49,928 nt of DNA from Octopus bimaculoides (GCF_001194135.2 NC_068982.1:939644-989571), one strand, 5' to 3'. Positions 20,291 to 35,028 are shown, counted from the stretch's first letter. Notes: generated from the letters alone by a model not told the origin. Made by a program: numbers and translations.

Positions 20291-22971
20291 CTGAAATTGT
20301 ATTGAGTAGAATGACCTCTTCTGTCCTTCTATCCCTCGAGAATCTGAAGAGGATGTCAGTTTACCGGGAGATAGGCTGAAATGGGGAACCTGAAATTCAG
20401 AGATGAATTCTTTGTATGATAGAGGCCTTACAATAAATCCATGTGATCGCAACTATTTCTAGCATAATACACAACATAAATTATGGACTACCTTTGAGTT
20501 CGATTAAAAGACGGAGATTAACCTGCGATAACGTAATGAGATATTTAATGAGTGAGCGAGTGAGTTCTATAAGACGAGTAAAGTATACAAAGGGAAATTA
20601 GATGGAACATATGTGAAAAATTACAGAAATTGGGAATGAAATGCGTCAAAAGTATGTAGTGAGTTGCAGAAAACTGCCCGGATGGCGTTCTTTCTGCTAA
20701 TTTCGAGAATAAATTTATATTTAATAAACTGAGATGGAATACGCGCGCGCACCTGCACATGCACACACACACACACACATACACAGAGGTGAGCACGAAC
20801 GCATACATATATATTACCCTTCTCTCTTCCAGCTATTTGCTTTGGCCCTATACTTTATGGCATTCTTTCCATCCTAAGTTTTTATTACAGTCGACTGTTG
20901 TGCGTGACTCAATGAATATGTGTTTTAGTATATTTGTATAAATGCCAGACAGATGTCAGCATATTTTTCAAATATGAAACACTAACAAAGAACTTTTCAT
21001 TGGACGTAAGTGTGGTTATCATGTTTAAACTAATAAGCATTGTGGTTTTATCAACTTATTATTCAGACATCTTTAAATGCATATTTAAACATCTCTTGTT
21101 GGATTTTATAGTTGTTTTTGTTTTACAGTAGATTTTTCTTGCAAGGATGTGAGATTTCTTTGTCTGCTTCGCTCATACAATATAAACATTTTTTAACCGA
21201 TTCGACATAGTTATCAACAAATCCAACCAGGGTGTAGAAGTTTCATATCCCTTTACAGGTATTATGCCTTATCTAAACGACTTTATCTCTTCTTGGTCTA
21301 GAGTAACTAGTAATCAATAGTTACCATAAGTATGTATGTTTCAGTGTTGTCAGCAACAACATCTCTGGATAGAAATAGGTTCCGACAATGAGACTTACCT
21401 GATAAACTTAGAAGAAAACGAAAACTTCAGACTTGATCTCAAAATCAGACTATTTTTAGGACAAAGACCACGTTCACTTAAAATAATTCGGAAGGAGGAA
21501 TTATGCATACATATTTATCTTATTATATGTAAACTGGTATTTCTATATGTGAGCCTTTGTTGGGTTTCGTTTGTTTTTTGGCTCTCTTCAACATCTAACA
21601 TTTATCGAGAAGGATAATATAACGTAAAAAGGCGAGATATCATTCCGCTGAATCTGTAAACCACTTTTGATTCCTGGTTCTTGAAAATATTTACAAAACT
21701 GGTTGCATAATCACGACAAGGAAGATTATAATATTCAGATAAAGGTGCGTCACTTTGATGTGAACATGAATGATGTTAGAATCAGATCTACAAATCTATG
21801 ATATATCAAGAAAAAAAAAAACAACTGCGTTTATGTGACGTAAGTCAAAGATATCCCTTGGCTTGCAGCACAGTTGTTGACAAATTCCTGAATAGTATAA
21901 TTTTATATTTTCGGTAGACATGTAGCAACTGCTTATGAAAGAACGGGTACAAGTTTTTCAGTATAAATAAAGATATATCTACTAATACGGCTCCCAACGA
22001 TTTGGTACGTAGTCCGAGAAAGATGAACAAGTCTTATTTTAATTTATATCATAACAATACTTCTGGTTTATCATATTGCACCGCCGTATCTGAGAAGAGA
22101 CGTTAAGTTGCACATTCAGTTTTCATGAAAAACAGAGAAATGAAAAAACACAAACAAACAAAAATGCTCGGGTTTCCTGACTCACATTATCAGGAAGTTG
22201 AGTTTTTGATTATTTCTACGAGTTTTTCCGCACCCAGGAAAATTGAGTCTTCTAAACATTTATTGTATATTGAACTTTATATTAAATTTTGTCACACCAA
22301 AGGAGGAGTACAGAAGACCAACAGACAGAATATACACTTTTGTTCTTAGTTACTGTTCTCAAGAAGACTGGAGATAGCTTTCACAATAAATTCCTCCTTG
22401 GTCGATAATTTGAATACCTATAGTGCTCGAAGCAAAGTAAGTCAACAATGTTCCTCCTTACAGAACTGGTGTAGACAAACGCTATGCCTTTAAGTTAAAT
22501 CATTCAAAATGAATGCACATCTTACGTAAAATTTGTTTCTTGAATCTGTGCAAGTGCATCTATACCTACGTGTAAACAATTAAGTACGTTACATCATTTG
22601 AGAAAGAAATCGCTTCATATTAGTTAAATCTCTATTCTTTTTTTTTGCTAGTGTATCATCCAATTAAACATTCCTGACAAAACTTCCGAATCTAATTTAA
22701 GTAATTATTTTTATTTCTTGTTTGCACATTTGCAGTGCGTAGATATTTATTTATTTATTTATTTGCAGCAATATTCTAGGAAAACATTTTGAAGGAATCC
22801 ATAAACTTTCAGTACGCTACAAAATAAATTACTGCCAATAGATAGAAGTGTGCATAAGCAGTAAGATCAAAGTAAGGTAGTAATGGTTGGGATATAAGAA
22901 ATAAGAGGAAACCAGACTGTTATTACACAAAGATATCTTCGTTAAGAATATTTTGTAAAGTGCAGAGTACA

Positions 22972-23007
<36 letters not shown>

Positions 23008-23251
23008 GTTCAGTAGTTTTATTTTTATAACGTGCTTTCACTTCACTACCGAGCGCAGCTCTGTGCGCCTTGGGTATGTGCTGTGGTTTGCTGTGGTGCT
23101 TTTATGTTTACTGTATTGAAAGTGTTTTGCGTAGAATGTGTGCAGTACCCAGTAGTGCAATTTTCTGTATGTTACATATATTTGTAAGTCCTGGTATTTT
23201 TGTTATGTATTTGTCTGAGTATTTTTTTATTATACCTAAGGCACCTACTAC

Positions 23252-23253
<2 letters not shown>
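22972..23253 (-). mobile_element. R4/Dong-like LINE 3' end embedded in (TAA)n
   Basis: IVVGALGIIKKYSDKYITKIPGLTNICNIQKIALLGTAHILRKTLSIQ* plus UTR; (TAA)n on both sides (22972-23007 and 23253-23328). Confidence 0.88.
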
Positions 23254-23327
<74 letters not shown>

Positions 23328-24900
23328 TATCTAATAAGGACGTCGAGCCATAAGAGAAAGTTAAATATTACGTGAGCGAACAAAACTTTATGAAATCAAA
23401 ATTGAAATGAAAGTGCTGTCAGTAAACAATCAATTGAAATTAGTGTAAAACTATATGTAACAACATTTCAATATAGAAACGTCACACAATCGATTTTCTT
23501 CTTTGCTTCAGTGCACACATTTGCTTTTCGTTCTTCACCTTTAAAGAAATCGTCCATGAATACGTACAGCATCTTTAGGACAGTTGTATGTTTTAAAGTG
23601 GAATAGTAAATTCTATATGACTTATTTGAAGCAGCGTTTTGTTTCTGTTCTTTATCTGCTGTGGCAATACATTTCAGATGCAGTATAGCATACTTTCAAT
23701 TAAAAACAAATTGTTTATACTCCACGTACAATAATTACAAGATATGAGTGTGGGTGAGTCACCGATAACATTTTGGAACAGAGATTGAAATTGATTAACT
23801 CCATCTTTGCACATTTGCAGTTGAAATCAAGAAGTTGTGTTTAATAGTTTACAGTATTGACGAAGGTGCAAGAAGTAACCTCTGTTTTATATTAACAAAT
23901 GAATGAATATAACAAGAATCAATTTGAATGAACTCTTAGAAAAATATCTGGTATCCTGCCTCTACGGCCCACGCAGAGCATCACATTATATATTTATGTT
24001 TTCTTCATTATCCTTGCTTTTCATTCTGTCAGCTTACTTATCCCAACAGTGTTTTGCTTCTGACGCCACCAAGAGGAACAATCTTATCGACAATGACACA
24101 AAACTGTCACGATTTTTAGCTGATACCTAACGAGGGTGAGCATGTCCACGTCTTGTGTGTGTCCGATTTCTTTTGTCTTTCGTGTGTTCCTTCGTCGTCT
24201 TTCCGTGCTACGAGTTACACTAATCACATGATATACATGTGTGTGAAGTGCACATATTTGAATCTGTTCGAATGCCTGTGTAATTGTGGACATAATTATA
24301 TGCTCGCATCTTTCTTTATGGGGGTATTTCGTTATGTATTGCATCTTATTTCTGCGTATTTATTTCGACATGAACTAATCGGAGTTAAAAGATCTCGTGT
24401 GATGTACTGCTTGACACCATTTTCAAGCTTCATATGAAGTCTATAGCACTTGTTTCATTCATTACCTGAGATTATTCAAAAGATAAGCAGAAAAGAAAAA
24501 TATCCTTAATATCTGCGGGTCTTCGCAGCCTGCTGAGATTGATAAAGCTGATACCCAGCATGAACAGGAAGGAGTCCACGAACAGAAAAAAAAAATGGCT
24601 GATGTGGGATCTCTGTGTCTATAGAGAGTGAACTTGCTAAATATATCCAAGGACGGGTAGGGATAAATCGAGCAACAATATACATCTACCACGCAAAATT
24701 AAAAGCAAAAATGAGAACACTCGTTCGAGAGTTGTATAATTAAAAAAAATAAAAAATAAAGCAAAAACAAACACTACGAAATTGAGATCAAAGTACGCTG
24801 TTAAAGTACTTTTAATATATATGCGCTTTGTTGGCCTAATTTATGCTGTATATGATGCTGGAAGATAACGATTTTAGTGGTGGTCAACATCAAAATCTCG

Positions 24901-24968
24901 CCAGCAGCAGCAGCGGCAGCAGCAGAAGCAGCAGCAGCAACAACAGTAGCACCACCACCACTGCTGCT
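24901..24968. repeat. Imperfect (CAG)/(CAA)/(CAC) trinucleotide tract
   Basis: Directly visible. Confidence 0.9.
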
Positions 24969-25027
24969 ACTTCGTCCCTCCCCACTAAGCCAAGATCATC
25001 GTTACTGCGTATTTCTGTATACACACA

Positions 25028-25108
<81 letters not shown>

Positions 25109-25578
25109 AAAGAAAGAGAGAAAGAAAGAGAGAGAGAGAGAGAGCGGGGGCGAGAGGGACTTGCTACAAGCATGTGATTGGAAACCGTTTGATGATTACA
25201 TTATCTCGGTCAGTGAACTCAATGATAAAATTGAAAATATTGCAGTTAATTTGCGCATTTAGGTCGATGTTGGAGTCTGTGCGTATGTATATGTTTATAT
25301 GTCAGTGTTTCTGTGACTCAATGAACTACTTCGTACGTATATGCCTAAATGAATTTTTTCGTGTTGTGTCTAAATATATATAAGTAAACAAACTGCTCTG
25401 AGCTTCCATTATTTTGGAAACAATGACTACATTCCGTTTAGCATTCTGACACTTGTCTAATTTTGTTAATTTCTGGTGCAAGCATATTCGCGCATCTATC
25501 TATCTATCTGTCTGTCTGTCTGTCTGAATGTGTATGTGTGTGTGTGAGCGTGTGTGTGTGGGTGTATGTATATACTTT

Positions 25579-25740
25579 GTCTGTCTGTACGTTCTGAGTT
25601 CAAATTCCGCTGAGATCGACTTTACCTTTCATCCTCTCGGGGTCGATAAATTAAGTATCAGTTGCGTACTGGGGTCGATCTAATCGACTGCCCGATGCCC
25701 CCCCCCCCTACTACGGACCTTGTGCCTAGAGCAGAAAAGT
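25579..25740 (+). mobile_element. SINE family A, 5'-truncated
   Basis: GTTCTGAGTTCAAATTCCGC..GATCGACTTT..GGGGTCGATAAATTAAGTA. Confidence 0.85.
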
Positions 25741-26856
25741 ATACGTATGTACTCATGATATTGGAACTTGTGTATAATACAGATAGTTTCTACAAACACA
25801 CAAACTAAATAACACTAAAGTGATACAGACGAAAGGCATTTTGTGTCTCCTGACATATCTGATAAATCGACTCCTAAATCACCGACCGTGTTATTATTCA
25901 AAATGTTACATTCCCGCCAACAGAGCTACAGCCTACTGAAGCTATCATATAAAGTAGATATACTATTGGTTAAATGGTTTTCAGTTTTCTGACTCGTTAG
26001 GGTGTCTGGTGACGGAACTTCATGCTAAAATACTGTTATTCAACAATGTTAATGCTTATTGATTAACGATTAAAAAGCAACATAAAGCGGAAGCATGAAA
26101 GATTTACTATGAATACCGACTCACTCATCCATTCATAAAATAGACACAAAGCGATGTAAAATACGTCGTAAATGATCCAGTAATGTGAAGTATTACTATT
26201 TGTGTATACTAGTAAAGCATCGTAAAAGCAAGATAAAACGATGGCTTGCAAGATATCACGAAAGTGATGCGTGCAGCACAGTTAATCATAAACAGATGAA
26301 CAGTCTCTTGTGTATATTCTTCTCCTGAGAACAATTTGGTTCTAATGCGAGCACAGTTTCTCTGTTTATGTTATGATTTATATATGTTTATTTCAAAGTT
26401 GTTATCTACGTAAACGATGTTCTTTATCTTATAATACACGTCACGACCATTGGGAGATGAGCTTCTGAAACAATCGCTTACTTAAGGGGGTTTTCTGACG
26501 AAATTGCAATAAGCAACAAAACATATTATCAGAACTGTGTTAGAAAGTAGTAAAATAACACTTCATAGATTCTTTACAAAAGGTAAATCTGTCCAAGAGT
26601 TGTTAGAACATAAAAACTACATTTATAGCATTTGCAGTGTTTCTTGTTTTAGATGAAGAAACACTAAGAGTTTAATTGAAAGTTCGAAAAGATTTTAGGA
26701 AGAGCTGAAAACATGGAATAAAGTTTTCTTAACCACAGCGGAAACTTCAAAGTCTCAGCAGATAAAACACTTGCTGATTATTCATTCAGAAAAGCCAGCA
26801 GTGTCAAAGTTCACTGTGACGACCGACTTTACTGAATGATACATTGACATAAAAAC

Positions 26857-27135
26857 GATGTGGCTTAGTGGCTAAGGTATTGCTCTCACGATCACTCGAT
26901 CGTGGGCTCGATTCCGGACTGAGCAGTGCTTTGTGTTCTTGAGCGAAACACTTCATTTTGTCATTGTTCCAGTTCAATCAGGTGTAAATGGGTGTGACAG
27001 AATGGCCTTCCAATCAAGGCGGTGGGGATGCTGACCTGCTCGCTTGGCCAGTACGGTGGCATCATTCGAAAGCTAAAACAATGAGAAGCGCATTGGGATC
27101 AGCGAGGTATAACAACAGTCGATAGCCTGGTCGAG
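26857..27135 (+). mobile_element. tRNA-derived SINE, family B
   Basis: A box TGGCTTAGTGG (26861-71), B-box-like GGCTCGATTCC (26905-15), followed by GTGTTCTTGAGCGAAACACTT of the kind seen after tRNA heads in conserved-domain SINEs. Confidence 0.75.
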
Positions 27136-28022
27136 ACCATGATGTTGACATAAAAGCATTGTTATCCTTTAGTTTATGAATTGTTGTTTCTTATCATTAG
27201 GTGCTTATTATTAATATAAAATCCATAAATGAGAGGTGTCGGTTAGCGATCAAAGCAATCGGAATATAATTTTGAGGTAAATATTAAATAATATAAATAA
27301 TATTTCTAAAGACAGCTAAAACTCAAAGCGAAAAGACTGTAGTTTTAAACACCAAATTATAGCAAACGTTTACAGTTCTGCTTTAACCGCGTCTTTTCAG
27401 GCCGTTTTGTTCTTTTCACAAACAGGACCCCTCAGTAATGGAACGAATGCTGTGCAATTTTTCTTCTTTAAGATAATTCAACTCTAAGAATAGAGTAACA
27501 ATTCCGATTGCAACTTGACAAAATATTTTTTTCAATCATCATTTATAATTTAAGAATTGTAAATTAATTTAGCAATATCATTGGACAGGATTTTACAATT
27601 CTTCAAACTTTCATGACAATTTAAGATAATATATTGGGCTACGCCTACTCCGTATTAAATTAATTTCAGTAATTGTAAGTTGTGGTTTTGCTCAAATACT
27701 TGCATTTCATGAACTGATCATACAAAGAAAAGAGAATAAACTTGAGGTTGATGTATAATTATAAAGTACCAACACTATTCTGGCCTACTTAATAACAGTG
27801 TTGCCATTAATGGTAATTACTTCGTCAGCACTCTTAGAATAGAGGTCTAAGAACTTGGACCCCAAGCAGGAACATCAGTATTCAATCGAATATTTCATTC
27901 CGCACAAAAATTAGCTGGTATGATAAACTCGAAATGCTATTTAACAAATTGCACAGATAAGCAATTAATATGAAATTATTGTAACTCAATCCTGTTTTCC
28001 AATTCGCGAACTAATTGAATAT

Positions 28023-28390
28023 AGATTATTTGCCAATATTAGATGGCAGTCCTGGTTTAGGACGAATGTTGCTGTAATTTATCCCCAGGATACATCGTCT
28101 CCAGCTGGCTATAGGACACGATCTGTGTCCTTATATTTTCGAACAAGGGAATCTAGCATCCTCCACTCACCTCAAAACAATATCTGTGTATCACGATGAA
28201 GGGAAATAACCCGGAAATCGTGATACACAGATATTGTTTTGAGCTGAGTGGGGGTGCTAGTTTCCCTTGTTCGAAAATATAAGAACACAGATCGTATCAT
28301 ATAGCCAACTGGAGACGATGTCTCCTGGGGCTAAATTACAGCAACATTCGTCCTAAACCAGGACTGCCATGCTATGCTGGCAAATAATCT
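28023..28390. repeat. Foldback palindrome with arms of about 175 bp and a 19-nt loop
   Basis: ATGGCAGTCCTGGTTTAGGACGAATGTTGCTGTAATTTA matches its reverse complement exactly; about 10 mismatches in 155 bp of inner arm; loop at 28198-28216. Confidence 0.92.
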
Positions 28391-29550
28391 TTACTCCACA
28401 ATACTGTTGCTGAATATCTCTCGTTGTGAGATTTACGGATAGTAATTTTCGAATTGAATATAACCTTAAATTTAAAATAATTTAGTTGTTTATCGTTCTA
28501 TTAACTAATTTTTCGCGGTTAAAAAAAAACCACCCGTAGAATCGATGACATCTTTGGTATGGAGCGCTTTATGTAGACTTTCATTTTGATTTCTGTTTGT
28601 ATGCAGTGATCGTTTTATACTTAGTCAAAGAGTACTTCAACATATTACAATTTTCATGACACTAAACTTTTTATCTCGACAATTGCATGCTTTATCATGA
28701 CTGAAAGTTCAGTAAGGATATGTAATAAAACAACTCTTTAAATATATAGAGCGCTCAATGATTGTGTGAGATCTACCCACTCCATACTCATTTCAAATAA
28801 GGTGGGTTAGTATTTTGAGATTGAAACATTTCTTTCTGAAATACAACGTGGGTCATTCGTTGTTAAAAATTTGCTGATATTTAGGTCACCACGCTAGCGT
28901 TCTCACTCATCAGTTTTTAACGGATGCTGAAAGGAAGCATATAAGATTAGCATAAATTTAAATACAGTAATTTATAGTGGTGAACTTGCCACGTAATTGT
29001 TGCATCACTTGAAATATACATGCATGCACTAAAATTTAGATTTTCCCATTATTTAAAGTAATGCTTTCATATAAAACTACGGAAAGAATTTTTGGCAGTG
29101 ACAAGCACTGTTGACTAATGAATGCCCATAGATTCGTTACTGGGTCACTAGATCTGCATCGAGATTTCCACACATCATGTAGTATACCGTCATGCTAATT
29201 CATATCTGCTAAAAACATAATCATATATATTGCTTTCATTGTTAATAGATATGTGTATGTGTGTTTGAATGTGGAACAAATGCCGCTCTGCATTTGGCCT
29301 GGCCTGCTAACAACTGTGCCAGTTTGCCGCCTTAATAATGATGATGTTGATAGAAGTAGTAGTGGTAGCAGTAGCAAAATTTCTCGTTAGCAGTATAAAC
29401 TTGAGTGCTTACATGCTCCACAAGTCCATATGAGAGGTCCTCTCATGATGAATAACAGTATTTTGTGTTCTCACACAACATCCACTTTTAAGTGGGGATA
29501 AATATTACCTTTCGGTATCCATACTGCTCCTGTCGCAATTAATTATTTCC

Positions 29551-29564
29551 TGATGATAATAATA

Positions 29565-29621
<57 letters not shown>

Positions 29622-29627
29622 GTAATA

Positions 29628-29682
<55 letters not shown>

Positions 29683-29695
29683 TGATGATGATAAT
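29551..29695. repeat. (TAA)n microsatellite with GAT/AGT variants
   Basis: Directly visible. Confidence 0.95.
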
Positions 29696-29724
29696 TGATA
29701 GAAGGACAACAATTTGAGGAGACA

Positions 29725-29850
29725 GGATTAGTAGATATCGTTGACCCCAGTTGATATCATTGACCCCCAGTAGATGACTGCAACTTTATTTTATTGACCC
29801 CACCCGCAGCTCGATGGATAAAAAGTAAGGCTTATCTCGGCTGGATTAAA
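29725..29850 (-). mobile_element. SINE family A, highly degraded
   Basis: ATC.TTGACCCCAG (duplicated)..ACTTTATTTTATTGACCCC..GGATAAAAAGTAAGG resembles the reverse-complemented family A body. Confidence 0.55.
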
Positions 29851-31019
29851 TACGATACTTAGCAAAAGAGGATTTAACGCTAATCTGCCAAATTCTCTAT
29901 TTGGATTAATATTCCATTTTAATATTTTTCAGGAATTTGTTGCGGTGTTCGTGTAGCGTTGTATTTAGATTTCTTCGTGGAAAAGTCTATAGGCTGGTTC
30001 TTTGTATTTTTGCACTGTTTGCTCAAATTCTCCCCATCCATGCAGAGACCTCTCTACATTTTAGGAATAATAAATTTTAAAAATCCGATGGATTTTTCCT
30101 ACCTAAAATGAAAACTTACCCATATACTAAAACATTTTTTACTATTGTCTACATGATATAGAAAAACCCATACGCGTGCACCCCCCCCCCACATACACAC
30201 ACACACACACACACAATATGCGCGTGTGTGTCCTATCAGAAACTGAAACTCCTTGATTATACTTATATATAATAACTTATATGGCGGTGTGAAACCATCA
30301 AATGCTGTAAAACAATGAAACATGTTTTAGGATACACATTCAATAATATTTCAATTTATTCGACTTCAATATTCTTCGCTCTTTTAAATGGCTTGGAGAA
30401 AATTACGAGCTTTTCTAATGTGGTTTTGGTATGAAGTGGCTTTTTGTGGTGATTCACAGCAGCTTTTGTTTTATTGGGCGTATTATTTCTTAATGACTAA
30501 ACCAGAAGCAAAATTAAGACAAGGATGGTCGTTGTTTTTAGTAGCAATAAATCATTTCTTGTAGACTGGCAAACATTTTACAGATTCTAAATATTTATTT
30601 GTCTCTGTAATTTCTCATATTATCCTCTACAGTCTATCGATTTTATAAAATTTCTGTGTTTAGCTTTCAAATTTGGTGTTGTACATTTTCCATTAGACCG
30701 AACATTTGATGGACAGTATGTCACTACAATGCCAAAATTATGAAATGAAAGCGATCTAAATAGCAAGTCTCATTATATGATGCAATGTATTGAAGCTAAT
30801 GAAAATATACTTTCCGGCTTTAAGTTCAGCTTTAAATTCAGAGAAATTTGCATCATCTTAGATTCTGCTAGGATAAAATAAAAGTGTAAATAATATAAGG
30901 CGGTCAATTTAGTGTGCTATTGTGGATTGGTTACATAAAATGTCAAATAAATATTGATTTTTTTCGATTAAGAGGAACTTCATATTATCTAACCAGAACA
31001 TATGTTCAAAAAGGTCCTT

Positions 31020-31980
31020 CAATGATACCGAAAAAAAAATGAACGCAGCTTCTATACAGTTGCTTGATCTACGAGAAATAGCAGCCAAATCGTTTACAAA
31101 TCACGAATTGCCCGAAAGCTTGAAGAATACAGTAGAACTGACACGAAGCGCAGCTTCTCTTGGACACAAGACCACTACATCACATCACACATTGAAGGCT
31201 ATGCGTTGGCAATCCAGGAACTGGCGATTGCCACAAAGTACCTGGTGAAGAAGAGAGACAGTGACGCCCTTGTAATCCCAAGGTGCAACTGCATGTGTAG
31301 GCTATGTCCTGTTTCTGTGGAAGACATTACACATGTGATTAGCAGCTGTCCTAAAATGTTGTCACGGTACTACCTCCCTATGCGGCACGATGTTGTTACT
31401 AAAACAATTTACAAATTTACAATGCCATCCGTAAAAAAGAATGTTCTGAAATGAACTTAGAAAGTCCCTCTGTTATGGAATACATTCATAAACACCAACT
31501 CAAGGAATACTGGTGGAATATTTCCATCAAAACTTCTGTCAAATGTAAGCATAACAGGCCGGATATTATTTATTGGGACAGAGGGGCAAAGTTATGTACC
31601 ATCATAGAGGTCAGCTGCCCAGCAGATATAAATATCTCTTTGAAAAATCAAAGAAAAAGTATGGGTAACTGTTTCGAAACCTCCAGCTCTTATATCCAGA
31701 CTATGAATTCATATTCATACCAATAATAATTCGAGCATTAGGTTTTGTTAGTAAATGCTTAAAGGAGAATCTGGATAAACTGCGATTTTCAGAAAGGGAA
31801 AACGACCGGGTAATTCATATATTACAAGTGCAATTTACGAGTGGAACACTAAAAATATGCAAGACTTTTCTCAAGTTCCAAATGTGAATTTGTCTGTGTT
31901 AACTACATCCCAAAGATGGAGCCTTGTATCTTTGTTGGAAACCAGCTCCCTCCTCAGTGGAGGATTTATAATAATTAAAA
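31020..31980 (+). mobile_element. R4/Dong-like LINE 3' part: CCHC zinc knuckle plus RLE endonuclease (frameshifted)
   Basis: SWTQDHYITSHIEGYALAIQELAIATKYLVKKR; CRLCPVSVEDITHVISSC (C-x2-C-x8-H-x4-C); RHD; HNRPDIIYWD..IIEVSCP; PIIIRALG; ORF ends KTFLKFQM*; short TAA tail near 31967. Confidence 0.9.
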
Positions 31981-32281
31981 AATAGAAGAGACTTACATAC
32001 GTATGTATGTAAGACATAGTTGTAAGACATTCCAAAGATTCTACATCTGGGATACTTTACACGAATAGATGCATACACATGGTTATGGGCATCGACTGTT
32101 CAACTCCCACACCTACCAGAGCCACATGTTGACAAACACCGGGAACTCTCTTGACTCAAAAAGCTGCGTCACTTTATTTGCGACCGATTTCAATGTGCTA
32201 TATACAAACGTGTGTGTGAGTGTGTGTATACGCGCACACTAAATAGTTGTGCTATATACGGAGTATAATTCTCCCTATTCA

Positions 32282-32313
<32 letters not shown>

Positions 32314-32497
32314 NNNNNNNNNNNNNNNNNNNNNNNNNNNNNNNNNNNNNNNNNNNNNNNNNNNNNNNNNNNNNNNNNNNNNNNNNNNNNNNNNNNNNNN
32401 NNNNNNNNNNNNNNNNNNNNNNNNNNNNNNNNNNNNNNNNNNNNNNNNNNNNNNNNNNNNNNNNNNNNNNNNNNNNNNNNNNNNNNNNNNNNNNNNN
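32314..32497. other. Assembly gap (N-run) after (TA)n
   Basis: Run of N. Confidence 1.
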
Positions 32498-33319
32498 AAA
32501 CAGCTGTTATGTCATTTGCCAACAGTTGGCAAATGACATGAATGTTAATATATAACACCCATATCATCATTCTTGAGAGAATAATGGTATCAATAAAATG
32601 AAAAGACTCAAAAATTAGAAATGTCCATTACATACGGATTAGGTTCTTCTAGAAATAGAAACTTGAAGCGAAAATTCCGGTATGACTTTACTCCGTGAAA
32701 CTTTTTCATTACGTTCACCCCCCCCCCCACGATACTGGTTGTGAAATGAAGAAAACATACCGTCAAATATTTGTATAAATAGAACATTGTAGAAAATCTC
32801 GTAAAGGTATTGTACAAAATTAAGAGGTTTTTAAATCTATTCATTATTCCGTCTAAGTAAGCAATAATTATACAATCCACTTCGTTATAATTATTAGCTA
32901 ATGTCTAGTTGAACCAACTATACACCTGAGCCAATGCTAATCACATTTTTGACGATAATTATTCCAACTTCAATTGAGAGTCGTCTTCATAGCGGTGAAG
33001 GCGTTTATTCCAACGGAATAGAAAGACACTGGAAATGTAAGTTGTCAATCGCGCAAACCGTGACACTTATCAAAAAATAAAACAGGAGAAAACAGTTATG
33101 TTAGAATTACACCATGAAGAGAATAGGAAGTCAGTGAGGGAGACTACTGGGTTTAATCGTCCGTTAAAAAATTTATTTAAATTAGAAACGTTTTGAAACT
33201 TACTGAAAATATATTGTCAGTTTAAAGAATTCATTAGCATTCTTATGGCATGATAATTTCTGTCTCTCTACACCCCCCCACTACATACACACATACCCTC
33301 TNNNNNNNNNNNNNNNNNN

Positions 33320-33370
<51 letters not shown>

Positions 33371-33953
33371 TATTCACACATACATATATAATTTGAAAAT
33401 TATATTCAATTATATTCGAAAGAGAGACAAACGGAATGGCGTTTTGTTAATGTATTTCTCAAGGACAAACCAAAAAAAAAAAAAATAGGATCATTGAAAG
33501 TCGAGATATTTAACTCTGAACACACAGAACAGCCGCCGGAATAATACGCATTGTGAACGCCTGCTTCTATAATTTGCAGGCAGTGGTGTTATAGTTTTCC
33601 GCTGTAGTTCCCTGTCCTCGCCATAAAATTGTTTTCTTTCTCTTCAGAAATATATCATAATTAAAAACCGGAGGAAGAAAAAATAAACAAACAAAACGAG
33701 AGCATCGAAATAGTGTTTCTTTCACGCTCTCAGCTCATCTGATTTGAAGACACTGATTTCTGTTTGAATAAGGGAGCGGTTAATGTATTGAAAGAGACAG
33801 GAGAGAGAACAACAAACAAGGTGTATGAGTTTGACGTTCAGGAAAAATGGAAGAGGTTTTTGTCGTTTCGAGAAGACGACGCTCTTCTGCTGAAAAGAAT
33901 GAGGAAACAAAAGGGGGTGGAGGGTTTCATTATATTTACCACTTTCAGACTTC

Positions 33954-34125
33954 GGCACAAGGTCAACAATTTCGGGGGAGGAGGTAATTCGATTACGTCG
34001 ACCCCAGTGTTCAGCTGGTACTTATTCTATTGATCCGAAAAGAAAGAAAGACCAAGCCAACATCGGCAGAATTTAAAGACAGACGAAATGCAACGAAACG
34101 CTTTGCACAGCGTTACCGATTCTGT
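33954..34125 (-). mobile_element. SINE family A (degraded)
   Basis: Reverse complement of the family A consensus. Confidence 0.8.
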
Positions 34126-34457
34126 CTGTCTGTGTGTATGTATGCAAGCATGTGTGCGCGCGCGCGCGTGTAAGTATTCCCTGGCTGAGCTTACTCGTCT
34201 CCAGACCTGACCACAGACGATTTCTTCTAGAAAGAGACTCACAGACAACAAAAAAAGAGAGAATCAATCCCAGTTCGGAACCCGTTCTTTGTACATCGGC
34301 TACGAATGGATGAAAAGTCAAGCAGACTGCCATATATATATATATATATAGTATTTTTATTTATTTATGTGTATATAATATACATGCGATAAGCATGTGT
34401 GTAGAAATGCGTGCGCGCGATATATTGGCTTCTAATTGTGGCACTAGTACATGCAGT

Positions 34458-34616
34458 TCGAGTACATCGACCCCAGTCCTCAACTGGTACTTTATTTTAT
34501 CGACACCAAAAGGATGAAAGGCAAAGTCAGCCTGGGCGGAATTTGAACTCAGAACTTAAAGACAGAAGAAACGCTGCTGAGCATTTTATCCGGCGTGCAA
34601 ACGATTCTGCCAGCTC
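34458..34616 (-). mobile_element. SINE family A
   Basis: Reverse complement of the family A consensus. Confidence 0.85.
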
Positions 34617-35028
34617 AAGTATGCGTGTAATATATCAGGAATGTTTACATTATGTCTAAAGAAGAAATAAACCCGTCTAACTTAAGGCAAAACTACAAAC
34701 TAAATAGAATTTCGACATTTTATAGCAATATTATAGGAAGAAAAAGAAAGGGAAAATATGGAAGAAAGAAAAAGAAAAGCAACATATGATACTCGATCTG
34801 TGTTGAAGACTTCTACAGTTTAACATGACACGTTGAAAGACAAAGCATCGATAGGGAAACAAACGGAATCGTGAAAGCGAATGCACATTACTCCCAGCTA
34901 AGCACGACAGAAAAGCTGAGTAAGGTTTGATAACCAGAAACCAGAAATAAATGCTGTTCACGTGCTTACACTTGCAGAGGACAATAGATCTAGGGACATA
35001 TAGCTTATAAGATCACCACACACGACTC

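Noticed and set aside
24843-25262. Ser/Thr-rich 139-aa ORF over the CAG tract
   Set aside because: It is built from consecutive microsatellites (CAG, CATA, CA, GA) and has no splice or codon support.
33764-34033. 89-aa ORF MNKGAVNVLKETGERTT...
   Set aside because: No recognisable motif or convincing splice sites, and its 3' third runs into a SINE.
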